Source: Candidatus Thorarchaeota archaeon
GTDB lineage: Archaea; Asgardarchaeota; Thorarchaeia; Thorarchaeales; Thorarchaeaceae
DNA: 64,000 bases
Reading direction: 5' to 3'
Assembly: GCA_003345545.1 (NCBI GenBank)
Contig: PRDH01000037.1
Span: 1-64,000, forward strand
The position numbers and the translations under genes were made by a program. The notes below the pieces were generated by a model. It ran no database searches, was not told where the DNA came from, and was given only the letters and a program-made list of their open reading frames with translations. Numbering within the stretch: the first letter of the stretch is position 1; each line of letters begins with the position of its first letter. This document shows, one piece after another, positions 18,972-29,048 of this stretch.

Positions 18972-19466
18972 ATGTCAGAGGCTGAAGAAGGTTGGCAAAG
19001 GGTTCTGAAGGCTTTTGATGACTGGATATACTACGAATCATCAGAATTTGGCCCATACACCGGATATTTCTCACTAGAGAGTTTTCGAGACCTTATTCAT
19101 GGCGAGAGAGTCGGCTGGATGCGTTCCATGTATGAAGAGCTGATTCCTGGTCGCGTGGAGAGATGCAGGAATGCCGTGGTCGCATTCGAGGACTTCATGC
19201 CATTTATGCCCGACACTGATGCTCGTGATGTAGTACAGTCAATGATAGATCTTGCACAAGTCATAGTAGACTCCATGCTAGGCATGAGTGATACGTTTCA
19301 CGCAATGATGGAAGAGCACGAATCCAGTGGATTCGACGAGATAGCCCCATATTTATCCGATCTTGCAGAGACCGAGGAGAATATTCGTCACCATATGAGT
19401 CTCTTCAGCGAGGGATTCACAAAACTGCGTGGCTTGGGCTTGGAGATGCCTGATATGGAATCATAG
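18972..19466 (+). CDS. Hypothetical acidic alpha-helical protein
   Basis: 164-aa ORF with AGGTGG RBS; divergent TTTATAA upstream. Confidence 0.7.
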   Translation: MSEAEEGWQRVLKAFDDWIYYESSEFGPYTGYFSLESFRDLIHGERVGWMRSMYEELIPGRVERCRNAVVAFEDFMPFMPDTDARDVVQSMIDLAQVIVDSMLGMSDTFHAMMEEHESSGFDEIAPYLSDLAETEENIRHHMSLFSEGFTKLRGLGLEMPDMES

Positions 19467-19550
19467 CCCTCTGGGCGCAGGTGTAGCAAGACTTAAGACA
19501 AGAGAAGCGCCATTTTATCTGACCCACAATAACATGAGGTGAAAATCGCA

Positions 19551-19646
19551 ATGGGTACCGAAACAACCTACAAAGCCCATCATTATCGGGTCTCAAACGC
19601 AAAAGGTGACCGCCAAATTAAGGCAGGTGACCGTGTTCTCGAGTGA
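19551..19646 (+). CDS. Small ORF (31 aa) overlapping the start of the winged-helix gene
   Basis: GAGGTGA RBS then ATG; MGTETTYKAHHYRVSNAKGDRQIKAGDRVLE*. Not in ORF track. Confidence 0.4.
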   Translation: MGTETTYKAHHYRVSNAKGDRQIKAGDRVLE

Positions 19647-19968
19647 CCGTGAGGTTTCTCCTACTAGTTATAGCAGTCTTTTGGCAACTCTCCTGCAATT
19701 AGCTGATGCTAGATTGAGTGCTACACAAAAGCTGGTTCTGATAGCAGCTCACAGGTTGCTCAAGCATAGTGACCTTACTGTCACAGCGCTAGCAGACCAA
19801 GTCTCTCGAAGATCTGATGTCCCGTACAGCACCGCAAAGTGGAATCTGCATGCTCTCAAGCAGATGGGCCTGTTGAAGAACGGCGACTTGTGCAGCAAAG
19901 GGGAAAACGCTTGCCTGACGTCTGAAGCCCAAATGCTCGCTGACTACTTTGAGCGAAATCAACAGTGA
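19606..19968 (+). CDS. Winged helix-turn-helix DNA-binding protein
   Basis: LSATQKLVL...TVTALADQVSRRSDVPYSTAKWNLHALKQMGLL...ACLT; true start may be GTG at 19633. Confidence 0.7.
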   Translation: MTAKLRQVTVFSSDREVSPTSYSSLLATLLQLADARLSATQKLVLIAAHRLLKHSDLTVTALADQVSRRSDVPYSTAKWNLHALKQMGLLKNGDLCSKGENACLTSEAQMLADYFERNQQ

Positions 19969-19970
19969 GA

Positions 19971-19997
19971 AGGGGCATTCAAAGCCCCTCTTTTTTT
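19971..19997 (+). terminator. Hairpin + T-tract terminator
   Basis: AGGGGC/GCCCCT stem followed by T7. Confidence 0.65.
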
Positions 19998-20179
19998 GTA
20001 TCGAATAATCTGTAGAGGACGAATCTCTCGAAATCTATGGCTGTTGCTTTGACTCATATAGATTCATATGGGCCTCGGTGTGGATTAAGGGCATCAACCA
20101 CTTCCTACAACTCCTTTCCTTTCATAAAGTTGATAAACACGTTACAGGAACGAGTGAGCTATTCGGGCAGGTTTCGCCA

Positions 20180-21412
20180 ATGACCAGTCTTACAGTCGAG
20201 CAGCTCCAGCCATGGTATAAGAAACAGCTAATAAGAAAGTCCGCTGAATTCATCAAACAGGCTGAGAGAAGCTATAGAGTCGTTGAACAAGCACTCAAGG
20301 ATGTCCAAGAACTTGTGAAGGCATTCGAGGTCGAAGGCGAAGATGATCCCGAATCCACAGGCATTGCGGCCAGGTTTGGGATGAAGCTCAAGGAGATAGT
20401 TGCTGACTTCTACGTTGAGAAAGAAATCACCTACGAAAGTACTGAAAACATGCAAGGAGAGATCCAGCGGTTCATCCAAGAACTCTGGGGTGCTGGAGCT
20501 CGCTGGATTAGAAGGATGGACAAACGCCACAAGGTCACCATTAAGGCGCTCGATGAGTCAATGAAGGAACTTGCAAAAGAAATGAAGCGGATTGGCAAGC
20601 TTCTCTATGACTATGCATGGCTGAAAGACATTGAGCGTATTGGCGGTCGAATTACCACACTGCACGACCTCACCTTCAGTAAGGAAATATTCGAGGAGCA
20701 GATTCGCACCGTGCGATTGAAGATTCAGACCGCTGAAAGTGATTCTCAGAATGCTAAGCGTGCATATGACCAGTTTTCGGAAACATCGAATGTTGCCGAA
20801 TTGCTCAGCCTAGACGAACAGGCACAACGTATTTCGAGTTTGCTTCGAATGAAACTCAATCCGTTGAAGAAACAGGTGAAGAGATTCTTGCAGGTCGATA
20901 CAGGCGTTCGAGTGGGTCCATCAGGCCAAATCGCCCTGACTGAGTATTTTGATGATCCATATGCCGCAATCGTTAAGGAGGCTGAGGGCTGTCCGGGTCT
21001 GCTAGAAGGCCTCAAGGGTGTCGAAGAAGCTATTATGGCTGATAAGTTGGACCTGAAAGACCGACTTGGAAGACGTGCTGTAGAGGAGATCGAGGCCATT
21101 CGAAAGGGAGGCCTTCAGGAGCTCCAGACCCAGGCAAAAGACATCGAAGCGAAAAGGCATACTTACGCGGGATCTGATGTCTACAAGAGGAGTGAGCAGC
21201 TCCAAGCAGCGCTCAGCGAAACTCAGAAGAACCTGGAGTACCACAGGAACGACCTGCTCAGAATCCGAGATGATCTTGAACGTCAGATTACAAAGGTGAA
21301 GGAATTCAAGGCACGCATTGAAACTGAAGTGCTCGAGGCGTTTGGTGAGAAAGTCGCGATAGAACTCGAAGTTTCACTTGAACCGCTTCTTAAGATGTGC
21401 ATCATTGAATGA
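20180..21412 (+). CDS. Hypothetical coiled-coil protein
   Basis: All-helical, E/K/L-rich; start moved to ATG 20180. Confidence 0.75.
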   Translation: MTSLTVEQLQPWYKKQLIRKSAEFIKQAERSYRVVEQALKDVQELVKAFEVEGEDDPESTGIAARFGMKLKEIVADFYVEKEITYESTENMQGEIQRFIQELWGAGARWIRRMDKRHKVTIKALDESMKELAKEMKRIGKLLYDYAWLKDIERIGGRITTLHDLTFSKEIFEEQIRTVRLKIQTAESDSQNAKRAYDQFSETSNVAELLSLDEQAQRISSLLRMKLNPLKKQVKRFLQVDTGVRVGPSGQIALTEYFDDPYAAIVKEAEGCPGLLEGLKGVEEAIMADKLDLKDRLGRRAVEEIEAIRKGGLQELQTQAKDIEAKRHTYAGSDVYKRSEQLQAALSETQKNLEYHRNDLLRIRDDLERQITKVKEFKARIETEVLEAFGEKVAIELEVSLEPLLKMCIIE

Positions 21413-21428
21413 GTGAAGGCTGAGCATC

Positions 21429-22253
21429 TTGCGCGTATTAGTCACATCAGAGAAAGACATTGCTAGCCAGACAATCAAGAGAGTTCTAGTGAACGAATAT
21501 GGCTTTTCACCGAATGGCGAGCACTTCGAGGGTAGTCCCATCCTCTCTCACAGCGACTCTACAATACTAATCACGACCGGCCGCGATATGATATTCTGCG
21601 ACCATCTTGAATCGCACTTCTCTGCGGAAGCATTCATCTTCTGTTCACGCCATCGAGCTGAGTCTGCCAAGCCCGCCCTGCTTGTACATAGCACTGGCAA
21701 TCTTGGCAGTGAGGCTCTATTCGGTGGCCATCCCTTTCAGGTATCAGTGTCAGCACCGCAGTTGGTCGCGGCGGCACTCAAGAGGCTCTCTGTTGAGAAA
21801 GTCCGACAGACTTTGACGGAATTTGACGTTTCACTTGAGGTCACGCACCATGGTCCTACTTCTCTGAATACTCCTATTGTGTTTGTAGAGCTGGGTAGCA
21901 CTGAGGAATATTGGACCCACGATGAAGGAGCACGAGCAGTCGCGGCAGCCATAATGGACTGCACAAAGGAGCCTCTGCTTGGTGAGGCTGTCATAGGTTT
22001 TGGTGGAACACATTACGCCAGCAAATTCAACAGGCTCGTTCTCGAGAAGGGCTACAAGATTGGTCACATGGCTCCGAAATACTCTCTGAACGAGTTGACA
22101 CTAGATCTCGTCAAGCAGATGGTCACACGAACGACAGGCTATGTGAAGAAAGCGATTGTTGACTGGAAAGGAATGAATGCAGAGAACAAGGAGCATCTCT
22201 TCCCTATTCTTACTGAGGCAGGACTTCAGATAGTTCGTGACAAGGATGCCTGA
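21429..22253 (+). CDS. dtdA: D-aminoacyl-tRNA deacylase, archaeal DTD2/GEK1 type
   Basis: SRH.....P.L.VH.TGN, EVTHHGPT, FVELGS, GFGGTHY. Confidence 0.92.
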   Translation: MRVLVTSEKDIASQTIKRVLVNEYGFSPNGEHFEGSPILSHSDSTILITTGRDMIFCDHLESHFSAEAFIFCSRHRAESAKPALLVHSTGNLGSEALFGGHPFQVSVSAPQLVAAALKRLSVEKVRQTLTEFDVSLEVTHHGPTSLNTPIVFVELGSTEEYWTHDEGARAVAAAIMDCTKEPLLGEAVIGFGGTHYASKFNRLVLEKGYKIGHMAPKYSLNELTLDLVKQMVTRTTGYVKKAIVDWKGMNAENKEHLFPILTEAGLQIVRDKDA

Positions 22254-22374
22254 TGTTGGGACTCGACCGTTGAAGCATTGTTCATAAGGCCTTCGACTCA
22301 GGTTGTTACACTCCCGAAAGGCTAATTACACCCCTTTGACAAGTCCCAAATACCACCATCCAGTTGGGGATAAT

Positions 22375-23220
22375 ATGGGCTCTGAAGACAATGCTGTAAT
22401 AGGCGAAATCTTGGAGAAAGTGGACACGCTAGCAGAAGAACTCGCGAGCATTCGGAAGGACCTTGGTGCGCTAGGTTCGATTCCAGGAATTGCGAAGAAA
22501 GTCGATGGTTTAGCCAGCTCTGCGAATGAAATCAGCAAGACAATGCAGGGTATCCATGAGTCAAAAGAATATGAAGTGATTATCAAGAAGATTGATGACA
22601 TTCTAATAGGTATGTCCGAACCTGAAGTCATTATGAAGAAACTTGACGACCTTCAGGGATACGTAGCTGGTCTATCCGGAATCGAAGAGAAGGTCGAAGA
22701 CTTGTCACGCGCCTTCCAGGAAACTCAGGAAATAGTTGGCATCATTGTTCGTCAGCTTGATGACATTGAACGTAAGTACAATCTCTCCATCGATAAGATA
22801 AGTGAACTTGCAGATACCGTTGCAAGAATCGCTGAAGGTGCTCCATCTGCGCCAGCAAAGGCAACAGAGAGGAAAACCTCCAGGAACGACGAAGAAGCTA
22901 TTCCTTTGCCTGAGAAGAAAGCACCTGTTGCCAAGGCTAGTCTTCCTTCAACAATCGATGCGCTGATGGATCGACTATTGAATCTAGTTAATCCGCAGAC
23001 CGAGGCTACAAGGATGGGAGAGGCTCTCGAGGAGGTTCGTGATGAACTGACCTCGATGCTACAGGGGCACACCCCCGTGCTGTTCCAATTTGGGAAAAAG
23101 GCAAGGGAACTCAAGTCGTATCCCCCTACAGCCACTCTCAATGAGAACGACATAGCTAGTCTGAACAAAGACATCAAATCTTGGACAAGCAAACTGAAAG
23201 AGAGTGCAAAGAGCTCATAA
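22375..23220 (+). CDS. Hypothetical protein: N-terminal coiled coil, Ala/Pro linker, C-terminal helical domain
   Basis: Heptad pattern, repeated EVI.KK.DD; start at ATG 22375. Confidence 0.7.
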   Translation: MGSEDNAVIGEILEKVDTLAEELASIRKDLGALGSIPGIAKKVDGLASSANEISKTMQGIHESKEYEVIIKKIDDILIGMSEPEVIMKKLDDLQGYVAGLSGIEEKVEDLSRAFQETQEIVGIIVRQLDDIERKYNLSIDKISELADTVARIAEGAPSAPAKATERKTSRNDEEAIPLPEKKAPVAKASLPSTIDALMDRLLNLVNPQTEATRMGEALEEVRDELTSMLQGHTPVLFQFGKKARELKSYPPTATLNENDIASLNKDIKSWTSKLKESAKSS

Positions 23221-23356
23221 GTAGGGTGCATGCCTCAGGAACACCACCTGTCCCGCCTCTTGACTGACAGATTTCTCGGATTCTTGTGGCATAGCTTTAT
23301 CTCTAAAATCTGCAATTGCGCAATTGGACATGCCTGGGGTGATGCTGAATCCCTAG

Positions 23357-24220
23357 GTGAGCGGAGCTTGTAATGTCCGACTCTCTCATCATCTTCAACG
23401 GACGGTGACAGCTGTGGAATTACCAAAGCACAACAACGAACTTCAACAGAGGATTCAATTGCTTGATGTAGCTGCAGATCAGCAGCTTGCAAAGGAACTA
23501 ATGGAGTTGCATCAGGTCAAATGCACGGAATGCCAAGAAGATCGGCTCAGATGTGCGACTCGGCCAGCCTGCATGACTCGTAATTTCCTTAATACTCTCA
23601 TAGAAATCGGTGTCGAAGCCAGTGATATGCCAGCTTTCTGCTACAGCGTGAACCTTGATCAAGTCCGCAGACTTATTCTAGAGAAGAAAGGCAAAAAGAT
23701 GCTGGATCGCAGGCTCCCTATAAAGGACCTCCTCCAAACGCTGGGAATCAGTTCTATCAGGCATTTTACAACCAAGTTCAAGAAAGAATGGTCTAATTTT
23801 GCTTCGGTCAATGAAGGCAATACAATGCTTGTGACCGGCAACGATCTGCTGTTTCGCTTCGATTTTGTTCGTGGTATAGTGACAATCAATCCTACCAAGG
23901 ATCGAATCAATACATTCGGCGTTTTCAAGCTCTACTGCGAGTTGTTCTCAGAGAGGTATCAGGTGAAGTCAACAGTGAAGGATGTGACTCCGAATTGGTG
24001 GGTCCTCTCAGTTGAAGCTGGCAGCCCTGACGTTACTACTCTGAGGGCTCTACAGAAGAGTGAGATTGCCGGAGATTTCGAAGCAATCTACCATAAAGAA
24101 ACTGAAGGCAAAACCCAGATACAGATCGAGGTTGTTCTTGACTCTGATACAAAGTATCTGGAAGCAGAACATCTCGATGAGTTGTTTGCAAAAGTATGCA
24201 AGATTTGCGGCACAGCATGA
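23357..24220 (+). CDS. Hypothetical protein with Cys cluster (possible Zn site)
   Basis: CTEC..DRLRCATRPAC...FCY; start codon uncertain. Confidence 0.65.
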   Translation: MSGACNVRLSHHLQRTVTAVELPKHNNELQQRIQLLDVAADQQLAKELMELHQVKCTECQEDRLRCATRPACMTRNFLNTLIEIGVEASDMPAFCYSVNLDQVRRLILEKKGKKMLDRRLPIKDLLQTLGISSIRHFTTKFKKEWSNFASVNEGNTMLVTGNDLLFRFDFVRGIVTINPTKDRINTFGVFKLYCELFSERYQVKSTVKDVTPNWWVLSVEAGSPDVTTLRALQKSEIAGDFEAIYHKETEGKTQIQIEVVLDSDTKYLEAEHLDELFAKVCKICGTA

Positions 24221-24265
24221 GGAACAAATCAATAGTCCAAACACACACTGCGGTGGGATGCACAA

Positions 24266-27200
24266 ATGAGTGACGACATAGTAAGTAAATCGGTGCCTAT
24301 TCTCAGGGACAGCCTTGGTCTGACAGATGCTGAAGCAAAAGCAATCGTGCCAATCTACCTGGGAGGCAACATGACTGCCGGAGGAGTCGCTCTTCTTATC
24401 GGGGAGAAGCTCGCTACGGTTCAGAAAACCCTTGGTCGCCTTACGAACAAAGGTCTGATCAAGCAGATTGATGGAAGAGTCCCTGTCTACAGAGCCTTGT
24501 CGCCTGTTTTGGCTCTTTCAGGTTCTCTGGGAGACACTCTCAATGAAGTGAGGGCTTTCACAAGTGACTCAGAACAGGTATTTTCCTCTAGAATGAAGGA
24601 TACCGAGTCCGTGGCTGAGGATATTATTGGCTCCCAGACCAAGTCTCTGGACGAACTGAGAGCGGCTCTCACATCATACGAGAACGAAGTCCTAGAGCTC
24701 GTAACAAAGCAGGTCGAGAATGTAGTAACGACTGCAACGAGCACAATGACTGGAATCTCAGATGAGATTGAGCAGGCGATGCATGGTCTTGATGCCATTC
24801 TCGACGAGAGCCTAGGAACGAAAATGCGCGAGCTACAGACTGAGATCGATAAAGCTCAGCTGGCCATGGACAAGGATCTAAAGGTACAGGTTCGCGAATT
24901 CGATAAATGGCTCAAGACTGAGCGAAAGGGAACCATGGGGTCCATTAAGGAGTTCGAAACAAAGTCTGCTTCTCTTGTTCTATCTGCTAAGGAGGCTGTG
25001 GCAGCAGCACTCTCGACTTCTTCGGACCATGTCCAGAATCTAGCACGAGAGATTTCTGGAAAACTGACCTCAATGGCATCTACCGCATCTGACAATGGCA
25101 TCGCAGTGATCAATGATGTTTCAGCGGACATTACGCAATTGCTCAACCTTCTCGACAGTGAATTGTCGCAAGCATATCTCGCCGGGCAGGAATCTCTTAA
25201 GGAAGTAGTCACTCAGGCTCGCAGTGTTTCCAAAGAACACGGTGAGTTTGCACAGAATCGTATCGGTGCTGCAGTAGAGATTGCAGACTCCGTCGGCGGA
25301 ATTGTTGATGATTGGAAGAATGAAGTGTCGGGATTCATGGAGGTTGCATCCCAGTCTGTGACATCCCAGCTCAATCAAGTTGCTTCCACAGATGCATCCT
25401 ATCTTGAAGTGATGAAGAACTCTCTTACATCACATGTTGAGAGAGTCAATGAATTGCTCGCTGAAGAATACAATGGACTCTCTGCCCTTGCTACTAGTCT
25501 TGGGGGCGAGACAGAAACTACAATCTCAGATAGTCGTTCAATGGTGCTTGAGCTTCTTCAGGCACAGAACGATGAGGAAGAGAAAGACTGTGATATCGCC
25601 GCGAAAAAGCTAAACGCGGAACTTGATAGCTGGGTTAGCGATTCAGTCACCTCAGTAGAAAAGAAGATGAAAGACACATCCAAGGATATTTCAGCCATCC
25701 TAGATTCAGAGACCTCTGAACTGAACTCCATTTCCAAGACGATGAATAGTCGGCTGAAGTCCGCTTTCAATTCCGTTATAAAGAACACAGTCACAAAGAA
25801 TGAAACGCTTCTCACATCAGTGAAAAAGACAACTAATGACTTCGAAGCTAGCATAGGAACTAGACTTGAAGAGCTGATTGGGAGCTACACTACTGCAACG
25901 GAGAAGCAGGTTCGAGAGTCAAAAGATCTGTATGAAAGTCTGCGTGAACGTTTGGATAGTCGAATGTCCGAGTCCATTTCTGCAATCAATTCTCAGGCTG
26001 AAAGGATTCAGAAAGATATCACTAACACAATAGCCGAACAGACCAGTAGAGTTGATCAGCATGCACTGGGCATCAAAGAGGAATTTCATAATCGGTTAGA
26101 AGACATCACGGGCCAATTTCTGTCGCTAACTCAAGGCCTTGAAGCAACATTCAATGGCCTTTTGTCATCTCAGACCATTGAAGCCCGTGATCTCATCGCA
26201 TCAGCCCATTCAGAGTTCCGATCTATTATGAAGAATGAGGTCACCACGCTCAAGGACGACTCATCGAAGATACAGCAGGAATACTCGACCGAACTTGCAC
26301 TCAAGATTGATGATGTTGCATCATCTGTTGCTGCTGTGAAGAAAGCCCTCAATGAGCTAGCAGTTGAAAAACGCTTTGAGATCTCTGAAAGCATGGCGAA
26401 GACACTTGCAGACCTTGAGTCGTCCATCAGGAGCACTGAGGAGAGTCTACGTGACATTGAGTCTGGAACTGTTGCCCAGTTCATCGAGAATATGAATCAG
26501 GTCTCTGAGGAGTTCAAAGTCACTGTGGCTGGCGCACGTGACAGTGTGGCTGAACGCCTGGATGGCGTGAAGGATGTGACCGCAGCATCACTGGCAAAGA
26601 GTTCAACAGCAGCAAAGCTCGTTGCTGATGGATTCATAGCTGAACAGAAGGATATCAGGCAACGGCACCTCGCTGAGGCGAGCAAGAAGATGAATAGGCT
26701 TGCCACAAAGAGAGGGAAGGATTCCTCAGCCTCTATCGAAGCGTTCCAGACACTACTCTCAGAGCGTCAGACAAGCAGTGTGAAAGATAGAAGCAGTGCA
26801 AAAGATGAGGTGTTCGCAGCTGTAGAAACGCGTAGGTCTGAGGTTGCTAATGCATTTGACGCAGCAGCAGTATGGGTTGATTCGTCTGTGTCTAATGTTG
26901 CCACCTCGCTGGAAGCCTTTGGCAGCAAATTGACGAACGAACTCACTCTAATGCAGAAAGGTCTACAGAAAGCTGGAGCTGAGGCGGCATCAGCAATTCA
27001 GGAGCGTGGCGAAGCTGATATCGACAGCATCCAGGAGATTGTTTCTGCATTGATAGAGAACACTGAGTCAATTGTGAAGGCACGAATAAACGAGTTTGGA
27101 GATAGTTGTTCGGATGCTCTTGCAAAGAGCAATGATTCCTTTACATCTATACCAACCCAGCTGAGCGACGATATCAATGGAATGGAGGCCGAAACAGCAA

Positions 27201-28159
27201 AGAGAACTACCCAAGACTACTCATCCGTTTCGGGTGATCTTACTGGCTATTTCACCGAATGCATCCGCAGCGCTGAGTCAGCATCTGAGGGTCTCAAAAA
27301 CCTTGTTGACAATACTTCGAACAGTTTGACGAAACACCGTGATGAAGTGTTTGAACTTGTGCAAAAAAGCACCGACTTGTCAAACCAACACGCGTCTCGC
27401 AAGTTTGAGGCAATCGGTTTGGATCTCAAGACTCAGCTAAGTAGTGACTCATCACGCTTGCTGGATGCAGCACGACTGACGTTCTCCGAAAAGAACAAAG
27501 AAATCACTGACATAGTAACAACGACAACCAATACCCTCAATGAGGAAACCTCCACTCTGAAAGAGAATCGCATTAAGGCGCTATCTCTTCTCGGAGAGTC
27601 TAGTGAAAAAACACTCAGAAGATGGTCGACGGATCAGAAAGACCAGATCACTGCATTGAAGGAGCAAATCAATGAAGCAATCATGCATGTCACAGGAAAG
27701 ACAGAGGAAACAATCAAGGTTCTCAATGCCATCAATGACATCGGAGATGAGATCATTAAGCACCCATCAAAGAGGACCTGGTATGTATCGGGCAAGGAAG
27801 AAGCCTGCGCACATGTAACAGATATGGCAGACAGAGCGGAAGAATCAGTCGTCATCTCCATCATCGATCCATCCTGTCTGGACTACAAGAAGCTGGCTAA
27901 GGTTAAACAGGCTAAACGTCGTGTGCTTGTAGTTCCAGAGAGCGAAGAACCAGATCCGAATCTATCTTCCTTGGAAGGTTGGAGAATCTGGCAGACCCGA
28001 ACGCCGATGTTCCTCTCAATAATTGATGACAGAGAGCTACTGATCGGAGGCGCAACCGCGACCGACGATCTTGTTGCTCTGATTTCAGAGGATGAAACCT
28101 ATGTCCGACTCTACCATGACATACTTGGTCCTCGACTGGTGAGGGGCAGAGTGAGCTAG
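24266..28159 (+). CDS. TrmB-like protein with very long helical insertion (wHTH - ~1100 aa coiled coil - TrmB effector-like domain)
   Basis: LGLTDAEAK...MTAGGVA...L..LTNKGLI..IDGRVPVYRALSP; C-terminal TWYVSGKEE...MADRAEESVVISI...IIDDRELLIG. Confidence 0.8.
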   Translation: MSDDIVSKSVPILRDSLGLTDAEAKAIVPIYLGGNMTAGGVALLIGEKLATVQKTLGRLTNKGLIKQIDGRVPVYRALSPVLALSGSLGDTLNEVRAFTSDSEQVFSSRMKDTESVAEDIIGSQTKSLDELRAALTSYENEVLELVTKQVENVVTTATSTMTGISDEIEQAMHGLDAILDESLGTKMRELQTEIDKAQLAMDKDLKVQVREFDKWLKTERKGTMGSIKEFETKSASLVLSAKEAVAAALSTSSDHVQNLAREISGKLTSMASTASDNGIAVINDVSADITQLLNLLDSELSQAYLAGQESLKEVVTQARSVSKEHGEFAQNRIGAAVEIADSVGGIVDDWKNEVSGFMEVASQSVTSQLNQVASTDASYLEVMKNSLTSHVERVNELLAEEYNGLSALATSLGGETETTISDSRSMVLELLQAQNDEEEKDCDIAAKKLNAELDSWVSDSVTSVEKKMKDTSKDISAILDSETSELNSISKTMNSRLKSAFNSVIKNTVTKNETLLTSVKKTTNDFEASIGTRLEELIGSYTTATEKQVRESKDLYESLRERLDSRMSESISAINSQAERIQKDITNTIAEQTSRVDQHALGIKEEFHNRLEDITGQFLSLTQGLEATFNGLLSSQTIEARDLIASAHSEFRSIMKNEVTTLKDDSSKIQQEYSTELALKIDDVASSVAAVKKALNELAVEKRFEISESMAKTLADLESSIRSTEESLRDIESGTVAQFIENMNQVSEEFKVTVAGARDSVAERLDGVKDVTAASLAKSSTAAKLVADGFIAEQKDIRQRHLAEASKKMNRLATKRGKDSSASIEAFQTLLSERQTSSVKDRSSAKDEVFAAVETRRSEVANAFDAAAVWVDSSVSNVATSLEAFGSKLTNELTLMQKGLQKAGAEAASAIQERGEADIDSIQEIVSALIENTESIVKARINEFGDSCSDALAKSNDSFTSIPTQLSDDINGMEAETAKRTTQDYSSVSGDLTGYFTECIRSAESASEGLKNLVDNTSNSLTKHRDEVFELVQKSTDLSNQHASRKFEAIGLDLKTQLSSDSSRLLDAARLTFSEKNKEITDIVTTTTNTLNEETSTLKENRIKALSLLGESSEKTLRRWSTDQKDQITALKEQINEAIMHVTGKTEETIKVLNAINDIGDEIIKHPSKRTWYVSGKEEACAHVTDMADRAEESVVISIIDPSCLDYKKLAKVKQAKRRVLVVPESEEPDPNLSSLEGWRIWQTRTPMFLSIIDDRELLIGGATATDDLVALISEDETYVRLYHDILGPRLVRGRVS

Positions 28160-28626
28160 AACTCGATGGCATAGATGATGGCGTCTTCATCGTCGTAGTA
28201 TCGTTCTGCTCTATCGACAGCCATCATCCCTGCCCTGCTATAGAGGTCTCTTGCGCTATGGTTACTTTCGCGCACTTCGAGTTCACATGTCTTCATCCCC
28301 GCCTCGCTCATGCCTTTGAGAGCACGATCTAGCAGAAGTCTGCCATTTCCTTTGCTACGTTCGTCCTCACGGACTGCCAGATTGAGTATGTGCCCAGACT
28401 CATCGGAGAACGATTCCTCCCAGATAATATACCCGATGACTAATCCTTGACGGGCCATCACCTTCATATGAACGAAAATATCTTCGCTTACTCTGTACTT
28501 GCCCCTACAGAGGACTATTCTGAGGAATATCTCTTCGCTCCACGGAACAGGAAAACAGTTGTTTTCAATATCGATGATTTGACGGAGATCCTCGATCTCA
28601 GGTTGCCGCATTACTCTGTCTTCCAT
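28156..28626 (-). CDS. rimI: RimI/Ard1-type N-acetyltransferase
   Basis: IE..CF..PW, GHILNLAV...R.KG.G, LEVRESN..A..LY, YY.DEDA. Confidence 0.85.
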   Translation of the reverse strand: MEDRVMRQPEIEDLRQIIDIENNCFPVPWSEEIFLRIVLCRGKYRVSEDIFVHMKVMARQGLVIGYIIWEESFSDESGHILNLAVREDERSKGNGRLLLDRALKGMSEAGMKTCELEVRESNHSARDLYSRAGMMAVDRAERYYDDEDAIIYAIEF

Positions 28627-28648
28627 CTACATAGCCCTTCAAAGCGAA

Positions 28649-29032
28649 TCAGAATCTCACATTCGATTCATCATTCTGAGGGATGTTGCTTCCACAGAAT
28701 GGGCAGAATGACGAATCTATTGGAATTCGTCTAGAACAAAACGAACATCTCGAGCCCACGGGGATAAAGCTATCCGGTGCACCTGCAGCATACTTAGACT
28801 GCGCCTTGGAAACGAACATCGCAGTCGCACTCGTTGCCACGATGAAGAAGGCAAACACTAGAGTAATCAGAAGGCCAAAGCTAAGAAGACTGGAATCTCC
28901 AACTAAGAAGAAGGGAAAGATGAAGAACACACCTCCACTAGATAAATCGCTGGAAGACAATAACAGAATGCTTCCAAGTGCAATGAGAAGGAATCCCAAG
29001 GGAAGTAGACTTTGGTTCCAGCGCATAGTCAA
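28649..29032 (-). CDS. Small membrane protein with C-terminal double zinc ribbon
   Basis: Hydrophobic segments with GGVFFIFPF; CSFC...FCPFCG. Confidence 0.75.
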   Translation of the reverse strand: MTMRWNQSLLPLGFLLIALGSILLLSSSDLSSGGVFFIFPFFLVGDSSLLSFGLLITLVFAFFIVATSATAMFVSKAQSKYAAGAPDSFIPVGSRCSFCSRRIPIDSSFCPFCGSNIPQNDESNVRF

Positions 29033-29048
29033 TCCAGTCCTTTGACTA

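Noticed and set aside
24266-28159. SMC/Rad50 or chemoreceptor call for the 1297-aa protein
   Set aside because: No Walker A/B, signature motif, hinge, zinc hook or MCP hairpin motif
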